The position numbers were made by a program, and so were the translations under genes. From Bacillota bacterium (GTDB lineage Bacteria; Bacillota; Proteinivoracia; UBA4975; VEMY01): a stretch of DNA of 64,000 bases. Shown one piece after another: positions 19,247 to 31,000 of this stretch. Where the stretch lies: NCBI GenBank assembly GCA_009711825.1, contig VEMY01000008.1, positions 15,345-79,344 of the forward strand, read 5' to 3'. The first letter of the stretch is position 1; each line of letters starts with the position of its first letter. The notes under the pieces are model-generated. The model saw only the letters and a program-made list of their open reading frames with translations. It did no database searches and was not told the DNA's origin.

Positions 19247-20005
19247 TTAACCGAAACGACCGGTGATGTAGTCTTCGGTTTTTTTGTGTTGGGGGTTTGT
19301 GAATAAAGTTGATGTGTCCCCATACTCCACAACCTGCCCATTGAGAAAAAAGGCAGTCTTCCCCGAAACACGAGCGGCTTGCTGCATGTTATGGGTGACG
19401 ATTATTATTGTATATTGATGTTTCAACTCGCCAATCAGATCCTCCACCTTAGCCGTTGCAACCGGATCCAGCGCCGAGCACGGTTCATCCATAAGAATCA
19501 CATCGGGTTTTACAGCCAGCGCCCGGGCGATACATAGCCGTTGTTGCTGCCCGCCAGACAACGAAAAAGCCGATGAATGCAACCTATCTTTCACTTCATC
19601 CCACAAAGCGGTCGCCTGTAATGAACGTTCGACAATCTGGCTCAATTCTTTTTTGTCCCTCAAGCCTTGGATTTTCGGACCAAAAGCAATATTTTCATGT
19701 ATAGATTTGGGAAAAGGATTGGGCTTTTGGAAGACCATGCCAACCTGTTGTCGTAAGCTGACAACGTTGGCCTCCGAGGCATAAATATCCTGGCCCCGAT
19801 AGAGAAATTCACCGCTGACCCTGGCGTTAGGCACTGTGTCTATCATCCTGTTAAGCGCTTTCAGAAATGTTGACTTTCCACAACCTGAAGGGCCAATGAT
19901 TGCAGTCACATCTCGTTCTGCAAACTCCAGGTCAATTCCCCTAAGCACCTCAAGATTGCCATACTTAATCTTGGCGTTTCGCACTGAAAAAACAGTTTCC
20001 TCCAT
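19247..20005 (-). CDS. pstB: phosphate ABC transporter ATP-binding protein PstB
   Basis: Start at ATG 20003-20005; [11 protein letters not shown] Walker [16 protein letters not shown]. Confidence 0.9.
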   Translation of the reverse strand: MEETVFSVRNAKIKYGNLEVLRGIDLEFAERDVTAIIGPSGCGKSTFLKALNRMIDTVPNARVSGEFLYRGQDIYASEANVVSLRQQVGMVFQKPNPFPKSIHENIAFGPKIQGLRDKKELSQIVERSLQATALWDEVKDRLHSSAFSLSGGQQQRLCIARALAVKPDVILMDEPCSALDPVATAKVEDLIGELKHQYTIIIVTHNMQQAARVSGKTAFFLNGQVVEYGDTSTLFTNPQHKKTEDYITGRFG

Positions 20006-20021
20006 TGTTTTATCCCCCTTG

Positions 20022-20888
20022 TCACCATTGTTTTGACTTGCGGTAATACATGCGTATGCCAATTGCAACTGCATTCAAGACCAATACCAGGCTCAATAGA
20101 ACCAACGCTGTTCCATAGGCCAGTGGTCGAACATCAGCAATCCGGTTATGCTGGGTGGAAAGAATATACAGATGGTAAGGTAAGGCCATAAACTGATCAC
20201 TGAGATTTTGCGGGAGCCGGGGCAAAAAGTACGCTGCGCCGGTGAGAATTATTGGCGCTGTTTCACCAGCGGCTCTTCCCAGGCCAAGAATTGCCCCGGT
20301 GGCAATACCAGGCAATGCGGCCGGAAGCACCTGATAACGAATTGCCTGCCAGCGTGTTGCACCAACGGCAAGGGCTGCATCGCGAAAACTTTGAGGAACC
20401 GCCTTCAAAGCCTCTTCTGCTGTAGTTACAAGTACAGGATAAGTCATTAAAGCTAAAGTCATGGCCGCGGCTAATAAGGAATGGCCCATCCCCAGAGTCG
20501 CCACAAACAGCCCCAAACCAAACAATCCAAATACGATCGAGGGAATTCCGGCAATATTGCGGATGCTGAGTCGGATTATCCTGTTCAGCTTCCCCTGTCT
20601 GGAACATTCATTGAGGTAAATTGCCGACCCTACCCCCAGGGGGACAGAAATCACTAAAGTAAGCAGCGAGACATAGATTGTGCCTATAATCGCCGGTTTA
20701 ATGCCGCCAGCAGTCATCCCTGCCCGGGGAACCTGGGACAAAAACTCCAGACTTATTGATCCGATGCCCCTGAAGATAATTGTCCCGACCAGATAAACCA
20801 AAACTAGTACTGCACCAAGAGAGGCTAGCCTTAAAAACATAAACCCGGCTGTTTCACTAAAAGAGTGTTTGTTAAGTTTAGTCCTCAT
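20022..20888 (-). CDS. pstA: phosphate ABC transporter permease PstA
   Basis: 288 aa permease with EAA motif region ([26 protein letters not shown]). Confidence 0.88.
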   Translation of the reverse strand: MRTKLNKHSFSETAGFMFLRLASLGAVLVLVYLVGTIIFRGIGSISLEFLSQVPRAGMTAGGIKPAIIGTIYVSLLTLVISVPLGVGSAIYLNECSRQGKLNRIIRLSIRNIAGIPSIVFGLFGLGLFVATLGMGHSLLAAAMTLALMTYPVLVTTAEEALKAVPQSFRDAALAVGATRWQAIRYQVLPAALPGIATGAILGLGRAAGETAPIILTGAAYFLPRLPQNLSDQFMALPYHLYILSTQHNRIADVRPLAYGTALVLLSLVLVLNAVAIGIRMYYRKSKQW

Positions 20889-20889
20889 T

Positions 20890-21855
20890 CTATTCCCTCC
20901 CGATCACGCTTCTGTTAAGAAACAAATCAGCTAGCAAATTGACACTGAAAGTAATCAGGAATAACAAAGCGCCAAGCACAAACAATGAATGATAATGCAA
21001 GCTGCCCCAAGCCACTTCCAGCCCCTCGATGGCGATTGTTGCCGTCAACGTTCGGACTGATGTGAGATAGTCCGGCAACTGGATGCCCCAGATTGACTTC
21101 AAAGGAACAGCTAGCGCATTTCCAGTTGCCATCAAAACTGTCATTGTCTCACCAATTGCCCGTCCGAAACCAAGCATAACAGCTGCAATGATTCCTGACC
21201 GGGCTGCCGGAAGGGTAACCCTGATCATGGTTTGCCAGGGGCTTGCCCCCAAGGCCAGTGCCGCCTGACGATAATCGTTGGCCACGGCCTTTAGGGCATC
21301 CTCGGAGATACTTACAATCGTAGGTAACGCCATTATTCCTAACATTATCGCTCCAGTGAGGCCAGTCAGGCCGTTGGAGAGACCGAAGGTTCGGGCAACC
21401 AGCGGCGCCACAACCACCAGAGCTAGAAAGCCAATGACCACCGAGGGCACACTGGCGATAATCTCCAAAACCGGCTTAACAATTTCCCTGACCTTTGGTG
21501 ACGCCACTTCTGCCAAATAAAGCGCAGTAGCAATACCCCAGGGAACAGCCAGCACCAGAGCCGCCAACGAGACAAATAGCGAACCGAGAATCATTGGCAA
21601 CGCACCATAGCCCGGGTTAGGTGAGTAAGGCATCCAACGACTGCCAGTAAGAAACTCAACAATACCAAGTTCCCGCAAAGCTGGATAACCTTGACGGAGT
21701 AAATATCCAAAAATCAGGGCAACTACAATAACTGCCAGCAAACCATTCAATGTCAATAGAGCGGAAATTGCGTTTTCCCGCCACTTTTGACGTTTTCTTC
21801 TTTGAACATGTCCGGCGCCCTCTGGCAAAATACTCTGTTCATTCACCCGCCTCAT
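20890..21855 (-). CDS. pstC: phosphate ABC transporter permease PstC
   Basis: 321 aa permease, paralogous to PstA, with conserved YRQAALALGASPWQTMIRVTLPAARSGI. Confidence 0.88.
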   Translation of the reverse strand: MRRVNEQSILPEGAGHVQRRKRQKWRENAISALLTLNGLLAVIVVALIFGYLLRQGYPALRELGIVEFLTGSRWMPYSPNPGYGALPMILGSLFVSLAALVLAVPWGIATALYLAEVASPKVREIVKPVLEIIASVPSVVIGFLALVVVAPLVARTFGLSNGLTGLTGAIMLGIMALPTIVSISEDALKAVANDYRQAALALGASPWQTMIRVTLPAARSGIIAAVMLGFGRAIGETMTVLMATGNALAVPLKSIWGIQLPDYLTSVRTLTATIAIEGLEVAWGSLHYHSLFVLGALLFLITFSVNLLADLFLNRSVIGRE

Positions 21856-21995
21856 CTCCTTTAACGTAGGTACATCTTCACTATAGCCAAGGCCTGTTAG
21901 CTGTGCTTAAACAGAATGTAAAGATAATGTAAAGCTGGAAAAGGCAAGGAGACCGCAGGCATTCCAGCCAGCGGTCTCCTTTGTAAGCTCACATG

Positions 21996-22892
21996 TTATT
22001 TAAGATCAAGCGCCTGAAACAGGTTTGCGTTTGCCTGCTCATACTCAGGTGAATTTCTATAGAAGCCTACTGTTTCTAGGACATCTATTCCTTCTGCAGA
22101 CAAAACCCATTGCAAATAGTCGAGCACTGCCCCTTCCGGCTTTCCATTGACATAGAAGTACAGTGGCCTGGCAATTGGATACTTTCCACTATCCACATTT
22201 GCCCGAATTGTTGGGTCAATAAAAGGACCGGTTTTATCAAGACCTACATTAACAGCGTGCACACCGTGGTTTACGTACGCCACACCAACATAACCAATAG
22301 CGTCTCGGTCGGCAGCAACGCCCTCATAGATAGAGGAAGTTCCAGGCATAAACATGGTGTTCGTGGCCCAGTCGGCCTGGTTCAAGACAGTTTCCCAGAA
22401 GAACACGTGGGTGCCGGAATTACTCTGTCGAGAATAAAGGGATATTGCCCCGCCTTCTTCCCATCCCAGTTGAGCCCACTGGGTTATCTCGCCGGTAAAA
22501 ATCTGCTTCAATTCGTCCATTGTCAACTCTGCAACTGGATTAGCGTCGTTGACAATCACTGAAATGGCATCTTGTCCGACGACGAACTCGTACACATCAA
22601 GGTTTTTTTGGGCCGCCGCGTCCAGTTCCTCTTGGGTTATCTTCCGGGAAGATTGGGCAATGTCCAAATTATCATTTAGCAGTCCTGCAATGCCTGTACC
22701 TGAACCACCACCGGTTACCGCCAATGACACTTCGGAATTAGCATCCATGTACGTGTCAGCCCATTGCTGACCAAGGTTGACCATGGTATCAGAGCCCTTG
22801 ATTTCTAAATAGCCATCCCCATTGTTGTTACCACAACCGGATAAAACTACCACAACCACAGCAACCATCAAAATTACGATTTTCTTACCCAT
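21996..22892 (-). CDS. pstS: phosphate ABC transporter substrate-binding lipoprotein PstS
   Basis: 298 aa; lipobox LSGC; GSDTMVNLGQQWADTYM..., SGTGIAGLLND motifs of the PstS/PBP superfamily. Confidence 0.88.
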   Translation of the reverse strand: MGKKIVILMVAVVVVVLSGCGNNNGDGYLEIKGSDTMVNLGQQWADTYMDANSEVSLAVTGGGSGTGIAGLLNDNLDIAQSSRKITQEELDAAAQKNLDVYEFVVGQDAISVIVNDANPVAELTMDELKQIFTGEITQWAQLGWEEGGAISLYSRQSNSGTHVFFWETVLNQADWATNTMFMPGTSSIYEGVAADRDAIGYVGVAYVNHGVHAVNVGLDKTGPFIDPTIRANVDSGKYPIARPLYFYVNGKPEGAVLDYLQWVLSAEGIDVLETVGFYRNSPEYEQANANLFQALDLK

Positions 22893-22894
22893 GC

Positions 22895-22960
22895 ATATCC
22901 TCCTTTTGTTAGTGATTAACTACAGGATAGCTCTTGTCTGTTAGCAGAGATTAATCGCTA
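22895..22960 (-). promoter_or_regulatory. candidate Pho-box region upstream of pstS
   Basis: Minus-strand TTAATCtctgcTAACAG...GTTAATCACTAACA contains TTAACA-like direct repeats immediately upstream of the pstS RBS. Confidence 0.4.
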
Positions 22961-22994
22961 TTTTAAGAAAAAGTAAAAACCAGCAAACGCTGGT
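22961..22994 (-). terminator. terminator after phoR
   Basis: AAACCAGCGTTTGCTGGTTTTTACTTTTT on the minus strand. Confidence 0.6.
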
Positions 22995-24764
22995 TTAAGA
23001 ATGTTTTTTTGCTAAGGGCAAAGTTGCCCAAAAGCTGGTGCCTGTTATTTGATTGCTTATCACGCCGACCTGACCGCCAACACCGTCGACAATATGCTTG
23101 ACAATCGCCAAACCGAGGCCGGTTCCACCACTTTGACGTTGCCGGGACTTTTCCACCCGGAAAAAACGTTCAAAGAGCCGGTGCTGCTCTTCAGGAGGAA
23201 TTCCCGGACCCGAGTCAATCACGGCCACCCGGACAAAATTATTGTCCAATACATCTGCTTCGATTTTAATAACCGTGTTTTCTGGCGTATACTTAATTGC
23301 GTTCTCCAGATAATTCATAATTATTTGCTCAAGATAGTCCGCATCCAAAGCAACAAAAATTCCCGACCTCACCGCCACTTGCAGTGTCTGATTTCTCGCA
23401 TCTGCCTGGCTGCTAAGAAGATTGACAACTGAATCGGCGACAGATTTAATCTCCACCTCTCCAGACTTGCGTCTATGCCCAGACTCAAGACGGGAAAGAT
23501 TCAGTAAATCGTTAATTAAGCGGCTCAAACGAACTGACTCATCTCGGATAATCTCCAGAAACCGGGTGTTTCTGGCCAAATCATCATCCGATTCCAGTAA
23601 AGTTTCGGCAAATCCCTGGATAGCAGTCAGAGGAGTTCTCAATTCATGTGATACATTGGCAACTAAATCCCGACGTTGCTGTTCCAGGCGCCGTAGATCT
23701 GTAATATCCTGCAAAACAATTACAACTTCCTCGTTTTTCCCCTGGGAATCCCTAATCACACCAGCGCCGTGCAGTCTGATGAAAAGCTTGCCTCCCTGGG
23801 GGCGTTCCAAGATAAGTTCAGTTTGCTGTGGACGCTCGCCACCCAATACCTGATTGACAAACTGATTAATCTGACTTTCCCTGGTCAACTGGAAAAATGG
23901 TTTATTAACCCCGCCGAGTCCGGTGTCGAGCATGTTTTGGGCAATAACATTGACTGCCAACACAACCCCTTGCTGATTAAGAACAATAATCCCCACCGGC
24001 AAATTCGTTATAATCTCCTCTAACCGAGTTCTTTCCCGGTTGGCAGCTGTAATCATCTTCTGGATATTTATGCTCATTTCATTAAACACCAAATCCAGTT
24101 CCGCCACTTCATCACCGGAGATAACTGTTTTTTGGTCAGAGAAAACACCCTTGCCAATTTCCCGCGCCTTCTGGCGTAACCGGGCGAGGGAGCTGGTAAT
24201 TCTTCCGGCAAGCAAACTGCCCACTAACCAGAACAAAAGGCCGCCGACGACTATGGCGCCAAGCAATCCATTCCGAATTGCACTTAGGGTGTTCTTGATA
24301 GTTGTCAGAGGGGTGGCTAGGCGAAAAACACCGACAATTTCATTCCCGGCGTTATAGATTGGAGCTGCAGCGTACAACACCTCACTTGCAAGTGTACTGC
24401 TGTAACGGGTTGATGTAGCCGCCTCTCCCGCCAGCGCACGCTGCATCTCTGGCCGAGAGAGATGGTTCTCCAACTCATCAACCGGCTTATAGGTTTCAGC
24501 AACAGGATTTCCCTCTGAGTCAATCACTGTGACACGTAGTTCCAGAGTCTCCGACACCTCAGAGGAAAAGTCCGTTAAACCTTCCCATATGAGTGAGCTA
24601 CTTATTCTGGCCATCAACTGCGCTTCATTAAGCAGCGTCTGTTCCAGATTTGTCTGGTAGACGCGAAAGAAATACCCGGACAACAATGCGCCCAGCAGCC
24701 CGAACAGAAACACAAAAAGCAATATATAGCTTACCGTAATTTTTCGACGGATACTGGAAGCCAC
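22995..24764 (-). CDS. phoR: phosphate regulon sensor histidine kinase PhoR-like
   Basis: 589 aa; TM-extracellular-TM-HAMP-PAS, H-box HELRTPLTAI, HATPase G-boxes (DSGPGIPPEE, GGTGLGLAIVK). Confidence 0.85.
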   Translation of the reverse strand: MASSIRRKITVSYILLFVFLFGLLGALLSGYFFRVYQTNLEQTLLNEAQLMARISSSLIWEGLTDFSSEVSETLELRVTVIDSEGNPVAETYKPVDELENHLSRPEMQRALAGEAATSTRYSSTLASEVLYAAAPIYNAGNEIVGVFRLATPLTTIKNTLSAIRNGLLGAIVVGGLLFWLVGSLLAGRITSSLARLRQKAREIGKGVFSDQKTVISGDEVAELDLVFNEMSINIQKMITAANRERTRLEEIITNLPVGIIVLNQQGVVLAVNVIAQNMLDTGLGGVNKPFFQLTRESQINQFVNQVLGGERPQQTELILERPQGGKLFIRLHGAGVIRDSQGKNEEVVIVLQDITDLRRLEQQRRDLVANVSHELRTPLTAIQGFAETLLESDDDLARNTRFLEIIRDESVRLSRLINDLLNLSRLESGHRRKSGEVEIKSVADSVVNLLSSQADARNQTLQVAVRSGIFVALDADYLEQIIMNYLENAIKYTPENTVIKIEADVLDNNFVRVAVIDSGPGIPPEEQHRLFERFFRVEKSRQRQSGGTGLGLAIVKHIVDGVGGQVGVISNQITGTSFWATLPLAKKHS

Positions 24765-25459
24765 TACTGGTCACCTCGAAGCCTGTATCCAATCCCCCGC
24801 AAAGTTTGAATCGGCACAGCTCCCTCGCCGGCAACAGCGGCAAAAATATGGCGGAGTTGGCTAATGTGAACATCTACTGTCCGGCTGTCACCAAAAAAAT
24901 CATAGCCCCAAACCGCCGTTAGCAATTCATCCCGGGAGCACACCTTGCCGGGATTTTCAGCCAAATAAAGCAGCAGACCAAACTGCTTGGGGGTCAGTTC
25001 TAGAGAATGTCCCATGAAATTCACAGTATATTGCTCTTTATTTATGCGCAAATCCCCTCGTACTACGAGAGCAGCGTCTGTGGTAACATACTGATCACGG
25101 CGGAAGGTGGCTTTGATGCGAGAAACCAGTTCGCGGGGACTGAAAGGCTTGGTAATGTAGTCATCGGCGCCAACTTCCAGGCCGACAATTCGATCAATTT
25201 CTTCACTGCGTGCGGTAAGCATAATTATGTAAACAGTGTAATTATAGCGTTGACGAATGAACTTGCAAACTTCTAAACCATCTACTTCCGGTAGCATCAG
25301 GTCTAGAATAACCAAATCGAACTTGGATTCAGCCAATTTTTCCATGGCCTCACGACCGTCAACAGCTACTGTGACGTCATAACCAGCTTTGACGATATTG
25401 AACTCCAACAACTCAATAATTGGCTGATCATCTTCTACAATCAATATCTTTTTGGTCAA
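24764..25459 (-). CDS. phoP: OmpR-family response regulator PhoP/PhoB-like
   Basis: 231 aa; receiver (ILIVEDD, DLVILDLMLP) plus winged-helix OmpR C-domain; start overlaps phoR. Confidence 0.88.
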   Translation of the reverse strand: MTKKILIVEDDQPIIELLEFNIVKAGYDVTVAVDGREAMEKLAESKFDLVILDLMLPEVDGLEVCKFIRQRYNYTVYIIMLTARSEEIDRIVGLEVGADDYITKPFSPRELVSRIKATFRRDQYVTTDAALVVRGDLRINKEQYTVNFMGHSLELTPKQFGLLLYLAENPGKVCSRDELLTAVWGYDFFGDSRTVDVHISQLRHIFAAVAGEGAVPIQTLRGIGYRLRGDQ

Positions 25460-25477
25460 TGCAAGTCCTCCTTTATC

Positions 25478-25560
25478 GAACTTAAGCTCAGCATAACAAA
25501 AAAATGTAAAACCTCTGTAAAGCTACGGTAAAACGTTGTTTACAGTGAAACCCTGACAAA
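25478..25560 (-). promoter_or_regulatory. Pho-box-like direct repeats upstream of phoP
   Basis: Minus-strand TAAACAacgtTTTACCgtagcTTTACAgaggtTTTACA: four TTWACA-like hexamers at about 11-bp periodicity. Confidence 0.5.
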
Positions 25561-25615
25561 GACGACTTAGCCTAGTTAATCTTACCATAAAGCATATTTT
25601 TTTACCTATATGCAA

Positions 25616-25646
25616 ATAAAAACCCGGCCAAAAGGCCGGGCATACT
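25616..25646 (-). terminator. terminator after the PAP2 gene
   Basis: GTATGCCCGGCCTTTTGGCCGGGTTTTTATTTG on the minus strand. Confidence 0.65.
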
Positions 25647-26462
25647 CTACGATTGCAAACTGACGGGCTCTCTCTGTTTTTCGGTTCCCCACAAACCCCG
25701 GAGAAAATTGATTACCGCTGGCAGCCACTGTTTGCGGGTGGCATATTGGGCAAACTTAACGGCAGCAATGCCAACTGCTGCGCCGGCAATAGCGTCGATT
25801 GTCCAGTGGATTCGCAAATAAAAAGTTGCAAAAATGACCAAAGGGCAGAAGATGCTGTACAGCACCCGTATCAGTTTATTGGGCTGTTTCCAGGCCAAAA
25901 GCAGATAGGTCACTGAAATCGATGTATGCATGCTGGGGAAAACATGGTTTAGGGGTGAAATAGTGCGGAATAAAGGCGGAAATTCTCCTTTGACCATCCA
26001 GACCTGATGACCCTGGGTCAGTGTATAGAAGGGAAAATGCACCAGATAGTGAAACGCAAATGTGCCAAAGGCAAGCAGTGAGAGGGCCCGGAAATCCCGT
26101 TTGGCGACCGCCCGAATCAAAAGGCCGAAAAAGGGAACATAGAAGCCGTAATTATAGATGGCCCGGAAGGTGTCCACCAAAACCTCGCTGGGGTAATTGA
26201 AGTAGATTGAAAGATCATTGTAGGGAATCGAGTTTAACCAGCCATTAATGAAAAACACATGGGTTTGAAAAGTATATTCAAACCACTGCTGGAATCGGTC
26301 AATTCCGCCAATTACCAAACAGAGCATCATCAGCCCCACGGCGATCTTCAGGGCCATACGGTCGTTATTGCTCCGCAAAGAAAGGGTTCTCAGTTCCCCC
26401 AACTCCCGGTGTAATGCCAGGGCAAAGATAGCAATGACAATGATAAGATCCATATTCTCCAT
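25647..26462 (-). CDS. PAP2 superfamily membrane phosphatase-like protein
   Basis: 271 aa polytopic membrane protein with PAP2-like motifs (FPSMHTS; RIHWTIDAIAG). Confidence 0.5.
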   Translation of the reverse strand: MENMDLIIVIAIFALALHRELGELRTLSLRSNNDRMALKIAVGLMMLCLVIGGIDRFQQWFEYTFQTHVFFINGWLNSIPYNDLSIYFNYPSEVLVDTFRAIYNYGFYVPFFGLLIRAVAKRDFRALSLLAFGTFAFHYLVHFPFYTLTQGHQVWMVKGEFPPLFRTISPLNHVFPSMHTSISVTYLLLAWKQPNKLIRVLYSIFCPLVIFATFYLRIHWTIDAIAGAAVGIAAVKFAQYATRKQWLPAVINFLRGLWGTEKQREPVSLQS

Positions 26463-26608
26463 CTCCCGGTTACTTTAATGTGGGTCCATATTGAAGTATA
26501 GCAATGTATTGACTCGGCTAGTCCAGTTGTAAGTCAACTGTAAGGGTTGTTTAATTATTAAACATTATTTCACCGTTCGAATCCTGATTACAGTTTAATG
26601 AAAAACTA

Positions 26609-26998
26609 TTAGTTGCCGTTTCTGGACGATTGCAAGGCCAGCATGAGGTAATCGGCGCTGGCACGGTTGGTGGCAACTGGTATATTCTTAAGGGTCGCCA
26701 CCCGAAGCAGGGCCTTAACATCGGGGTCATGTGGCTGAGCGGTCAGCGGATCCCAAAAGAACACCAGCATGTCGATAGCCCCATCCACAATTCGGGCGCC
26801 AATCTGTAAATCACCGCCTAGGGGGCCGCTCTTCAGGGCAGTTACCGCCAATCCAGTCTCTTTGCTCACTTTGTTGCCGGTGGTTCCGGTGGCAAAAAGA
26901 GAGTGCGCGCTAAGCAAATCATAATGCTCCCGGCACCATTCCACCATCTCCTCCTTGCATTTATCATGGGCAATCAGAGCAATCTGCTTTTTCTCCAT
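26609..26998 (-). CDS. mgsA: methylglyoxal synthase
   Basis: 129 aa; [16 protein letters not shown]..., GTTG, VFFWDPL are hallmark MgsA motifs. Confidence 0.9.
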   Translation of the reverse strand: MEKKQIALIAHDKCKEEMVEWCREHYDLLSAHSLFATGTTGNKVSKETGLAVTALKSGPLGGDLQIGARIVDGAIDMLVFFWDPLTAQPHDPDVKALLRVATLKNIPVATNRASADYLMLALQSSRNGN

Positions 26999-27111
26999 GC
27001 CGCCACCTCGCTTATCGCTATTTTACACGGCCAAAACGACCATCGCAACCCGCAAATTCACGCTAAACAACTGAAAGTCAATAAAAAGAGGCCTTACGGC
27101 CTCATTAGCGC

Positions 27112-27981
27112 TTAGATTTTCTGGTCAACTGCCGCATGATTGAGGAAAAACACTGCCACGCCACCGATGCCAATATGACAGCCGAGAACGCTGCCCACCT
27201 TGTTCACGATAAAATCCTTGTAGCCCAAAGTCTCTTCAATCAGCTGCTGCAGTCGTGAAGCCGCCTCGGGATCGTCGGCATGGCTGATGGCGATGGTTTG
27301 TTCAACCTTGGCACAACGTTCCTGCATCAAGGTAAGTAAACGGCGGATGGCCTTATTCTTGCCCCGCACCTTTTCTAAGGGTAGCATTAAGCCTTCCTTA
27401 ACATGTAAAATTGGTTTGATACTCAGCAGACTGCCGATGAAAGCGCTGGTCCGGCTCACCCGGCCACCCCGGAACAGGTATTCCAAATCGTCCACTGTGA
27501 ATAGATGTTCGGTATGACGCCCCCAGTGCTTTACGGCAGCGGTAATCGTTGTCATATCACTGCCAGCCCGGGCCATCTCAGCCGCTTTTTGCACCACCAG
27601 CCCCTGCCCCAGGGAACCGCAGCCACTGTCAATCACCTCAATCTGAAAATCAGGAAAGCGCTCCTTCACTGCCCTTGCGGTTAGCATTCCCGTCTGACAA
27701 GTGCCGGACATCTTAGAAGAAAAGCCAATGTATATGCATTTCCTGCCCGCCTTTGCATAGCGGGTAAACACTTCCTCAAAAATCGCCTGGGTTGTCTGCC
27801 CGGTTCGGGGCAATTTCCCTGCCCGCATCGCTGCATAAACATCGTCAGGACTGATATCCTGGCCATCCACGTATTCTTTGCCGTCGAGAAGCACAAGTAA
27901 TGGAATCACTTCGATATCGTAAGTCTGCAAAACTTCTGCCGGTAAATCGCAACCGCTGTCGGTGAGAATCTTCACTGTCAT
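27112..27981 (-). CDS. DegV family fatty-acid-binding protein
   Basis: 289 aa; MTVKILTDSGCDLP..., DegV fold motifs. Confidence 0.85.
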   Translation of the reverse strand: MTVKILTDSGCDLPAEVLQTYDIEVIPLLVLLDGKEYVDGQDISPDDVYAAMRAGKLPRTGQTTQAIFEEVFTRYAKAGRKCIYIGFSSKMSGTCQTGMLTARAVKERFPDFQIEVIDSGCGSLGQGLVVQKAAEMARAGSDMTTITAAVKHWGRHTEHLFTVDDLEYLFRGGRVSRTSAFIGSLLSIKPILHVKEGLMLPLEKVRGKNKAIRRLLTLMQERCAKVEQTIAISHADDPEAASRLQQLIEETLGYKDFIVNKVGSVLGCHIGIGGVAVFFLNHAAVDQKI

Positions 27982-28063
27982 CTAATTCGTTCGCCCCCTT
28001 GTGTTCCTTTTCATTATAACATATTACTACACTAACCTAAAAAAATCCTTCCCGAGAATCAAA

Positions 28064-28094
28064 AAAGTCCGGAAACCCGGACTTCTTCGGTAAA
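28064..28094 (-). terminator. terminator after the RND transporter gene
   Basis: CCGAAGAAGTCCGGGTTTCCGGACTTTTTTGATTC on the minus strand. Confidence 0.65.
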
Positions 28095-31000
28095 CTAGTC
28101 TTCATCCACTAAAACCGGTTTCTGCCATGTCCCTTTACTCAACCGGCTGAGCAGAGAATAAAGAAGCGGAATGACCAAAAGCAAAAGCAATGTTCCCACC
28201 AGCTGGCCGCCAATAATTGTAATCGCCATTGGCGCCTGCAGCTGGCTGCCGGAACCCAGCCCCAATGCCAGGGGAAACAGGCCCAGCACAGTGGTTATGG
28301 TGGTCATCATGATTGGACGCAGCCGGGAAGTGGCGCCTTCGGTCACAGCTTCGAGCAAGGGGCTGCCGGCCAACCGCTTCTGGTTTATCAGATCCACCAT
28401 AATAATCCCGTCATTGACCAAGATGCCGGTCAGAACCACGGCGCCAATCAGGGCAGGGATGCTGAGGGTGTTGCCGGTAATCAATAGCGCCAGAATTGAT
28501 CCGGCCAGAGCCAGGGGAATGCTGCAGATAATGATAAATGGATTGAGGAAAGACTCAAATTGAGCTGCCATCACCAGGTATACAAGAATCGCGGAAACAA
28601 TTAAAATCGTCTCCAGCTCGGAAAAGGCATCATCCATCATATCAAAAGCACCGGCGGACTTAATGCTGTATCCAGGCGGCAGCACGAGGGAATCCAGGGC
28701 CTCCAGGGCCGCATCAGTGGCAGCGCCCAGGTCAATACCGGAGTAGTGAGCAGAAATCTGACCCACCATCTGCCGGTCCTCCCGGGGTAAAGTAGCGGGA
28801 CCCCATGCCTCGGAGAACTGGGCAACCTCGCCCAATTCAAGCCACCCGCCGGCGGCGCTATGAATGGGAAGGGTGTGAAAGTCCTCAACGGAACTAAGCT
28901 CATCCCGGTTATAGCTCAACATCAATTGATAGAGACCGTCTCCATCTTCAACCCGGGCCACGGGGATCCCTTCCATGGCCATGCGCAGCGTGTTGGCAAC
29001 CTGGTAGATGCTGATACCCTTTTGCAGGGCCAGGGGATGATTAACTTCGACATGCATCTCCGGACGCACTTCATCCCGGTTAGACTGGATATCTGACAGG
29101 AAGTCCAGTTCCGCCAGCACTGCCATCGCCTCATCGGTCAGGTGGTCGATTATTTCCGCGTCTTCGCCCTGGATTACCAGCTCCAGCCGGGATTCCAACC
29201 CGGCTGTTTCCAGCAACGAGTCACGATTGAAGGTCACCGCTGCTTCCGGGTTCAGCGCCTCCACCTCGAGGCGTAATTCATCAATCAGACTTTCGATATC
29301 CTCCACATGATCTTCAGCAACCACTACCCGCATCCGCGCCTCGTTGGAAACACCGCTTTGCACGGCAAGCCCCAAAAACTGGGGGGCGCCGGCTCGGGCA
29401 TCGTAAAAATCAACCTCCGGCCGCTGGCCAATCAAATTTTCTACCGACTCCAGGTATTCATTGGTGATGCGTAGACTAGTTCCTGGTGGCAAACGCATGT
29501 CGATGGTGAAGGACGGTTCCGGAGGAGCGGGAAACAAATCCATACCCATAAAAGTAAACCCAACACCGCCGACAATTAGAAACACCAAGACCGCTGCTAA
29601 TGTCGCCCAGGGCCGCCTTAGCACCAGCGCAAGGGCCTGACTATATATCCGGGGCGGCGCCAAGCGGGGCATTTGCCTGCTCTTGCCCAAAAATCTCGAG
29701 GCCATCAGGGGAATTAACGTAAACGAAACCAATAGTGAGGCGGCTAGGGCAAAGCTGACGGTCAAGGCAAATTCCTGGAATAACTCACCGGCCAAACCGC
29801 TGACAAACACCACCGGGAAAAACACACTCACAGTGGTCAGGGTGGAGGCAAGGATTGCCCCTGCCACCTCCCGGGTTCCGGTGAGGGCGGCCTGGGCAGC
29901 AGATTTGCCCATCTGTAAATGGCGATAGATATTCTCGCTGACGACAATCGCGTTGTCCACCAAAAGTCCTGCCGCCAGGGCCATGGCGCCCATGGTCATG
30001 ATATTAACTGTCAGCTTGGCAAAATAAAGCAGTGTGAAAGTAAACAGCAGCGAAATCGGGATGGCGGCGCCGATGAAGAGCGTGGTTCGAAAATCCTTGA
30101 GGAAGAGTATGAGGACAAGAACGGCCAACACAGCTCCTCCCAAGAGCGATTGAACCAGGTCCCGGAGCGCGTCCTCAATATCCGCGGCCTGGTCGTATAC
30201 ATAATAGAAACTGAAAGTAGTGCCGCCCACCGAGAACTCCTCGGATATCCGATCCAGTTCTGCCCGCACCTGACGGGCGACAGCGACCGTGTTGGCAGAC
30301 CCCTCTTTTTGCACGCTGAGCCCGATGCTGGGAGTGCCGTTAAGCCGGGATATTGTCTGGGTGGCATGGACATCCTTTTTGATTTCGGCGATGCTGCTGA
30401 GCCGGATTGGCGTCAAGGGGAAATCGTCGTCGAGGCCGGGAATCTGGCCGCTTTGGGAGGAGACTATCATTGCCATCGCCATCTCCACCAGGGCAGCTTC
30501 CAACTCCCGGGAGGCCTGATCAAGTTCCCGTGTCAGCTCCTGCTGCATCCGGGTATACCAGCGGTCGAAATCCGGTACTTCCGCCACCGGCAAAGCCAAT
30601 AGCTGCTCCCAGTCGATGTCTTCCGGCACAGGCACCCAGTATTCCGGGTCATCATCATCGGCGTTCTCATCATCGTTTTCAGCTTCCTCGTCTTCTTCGT
30701 TGGGAAGCTGATCGTCAATCAGGTCATCGATATCTTCCGGAGTGAGGCCGTAGTCCTCAAGAAAATCAGGGTTGAGAATTATGTTCACAATCTCGTTCAA
30801 TTCATCCCGGTCCAACTCTTCAATTACATCCCGGAGATAAATTGTCTGTGTTGGAATCTCCAAATCTCGCTCGGCGGGCAAGGCCTCTGCCAGAGCCCGG
30901 TTCAAGTCCACGTTGAACTCTCCCTGCAACTGTTGCTCCAGGGCGGAATAATCGACATCGAAGCCGACAATCATGTCTGCCAGGGCATGTTGCTCGTGGG

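Noticed and set aside
25647-26462. Considered calling the 271 aa membrane protein an inositol-phosphorylceramide synthase or a specific lipid phosphatase
   Set aside because: Only a generic PAP2-like motif pattern is recognisable, so it is kept at superfamily level.
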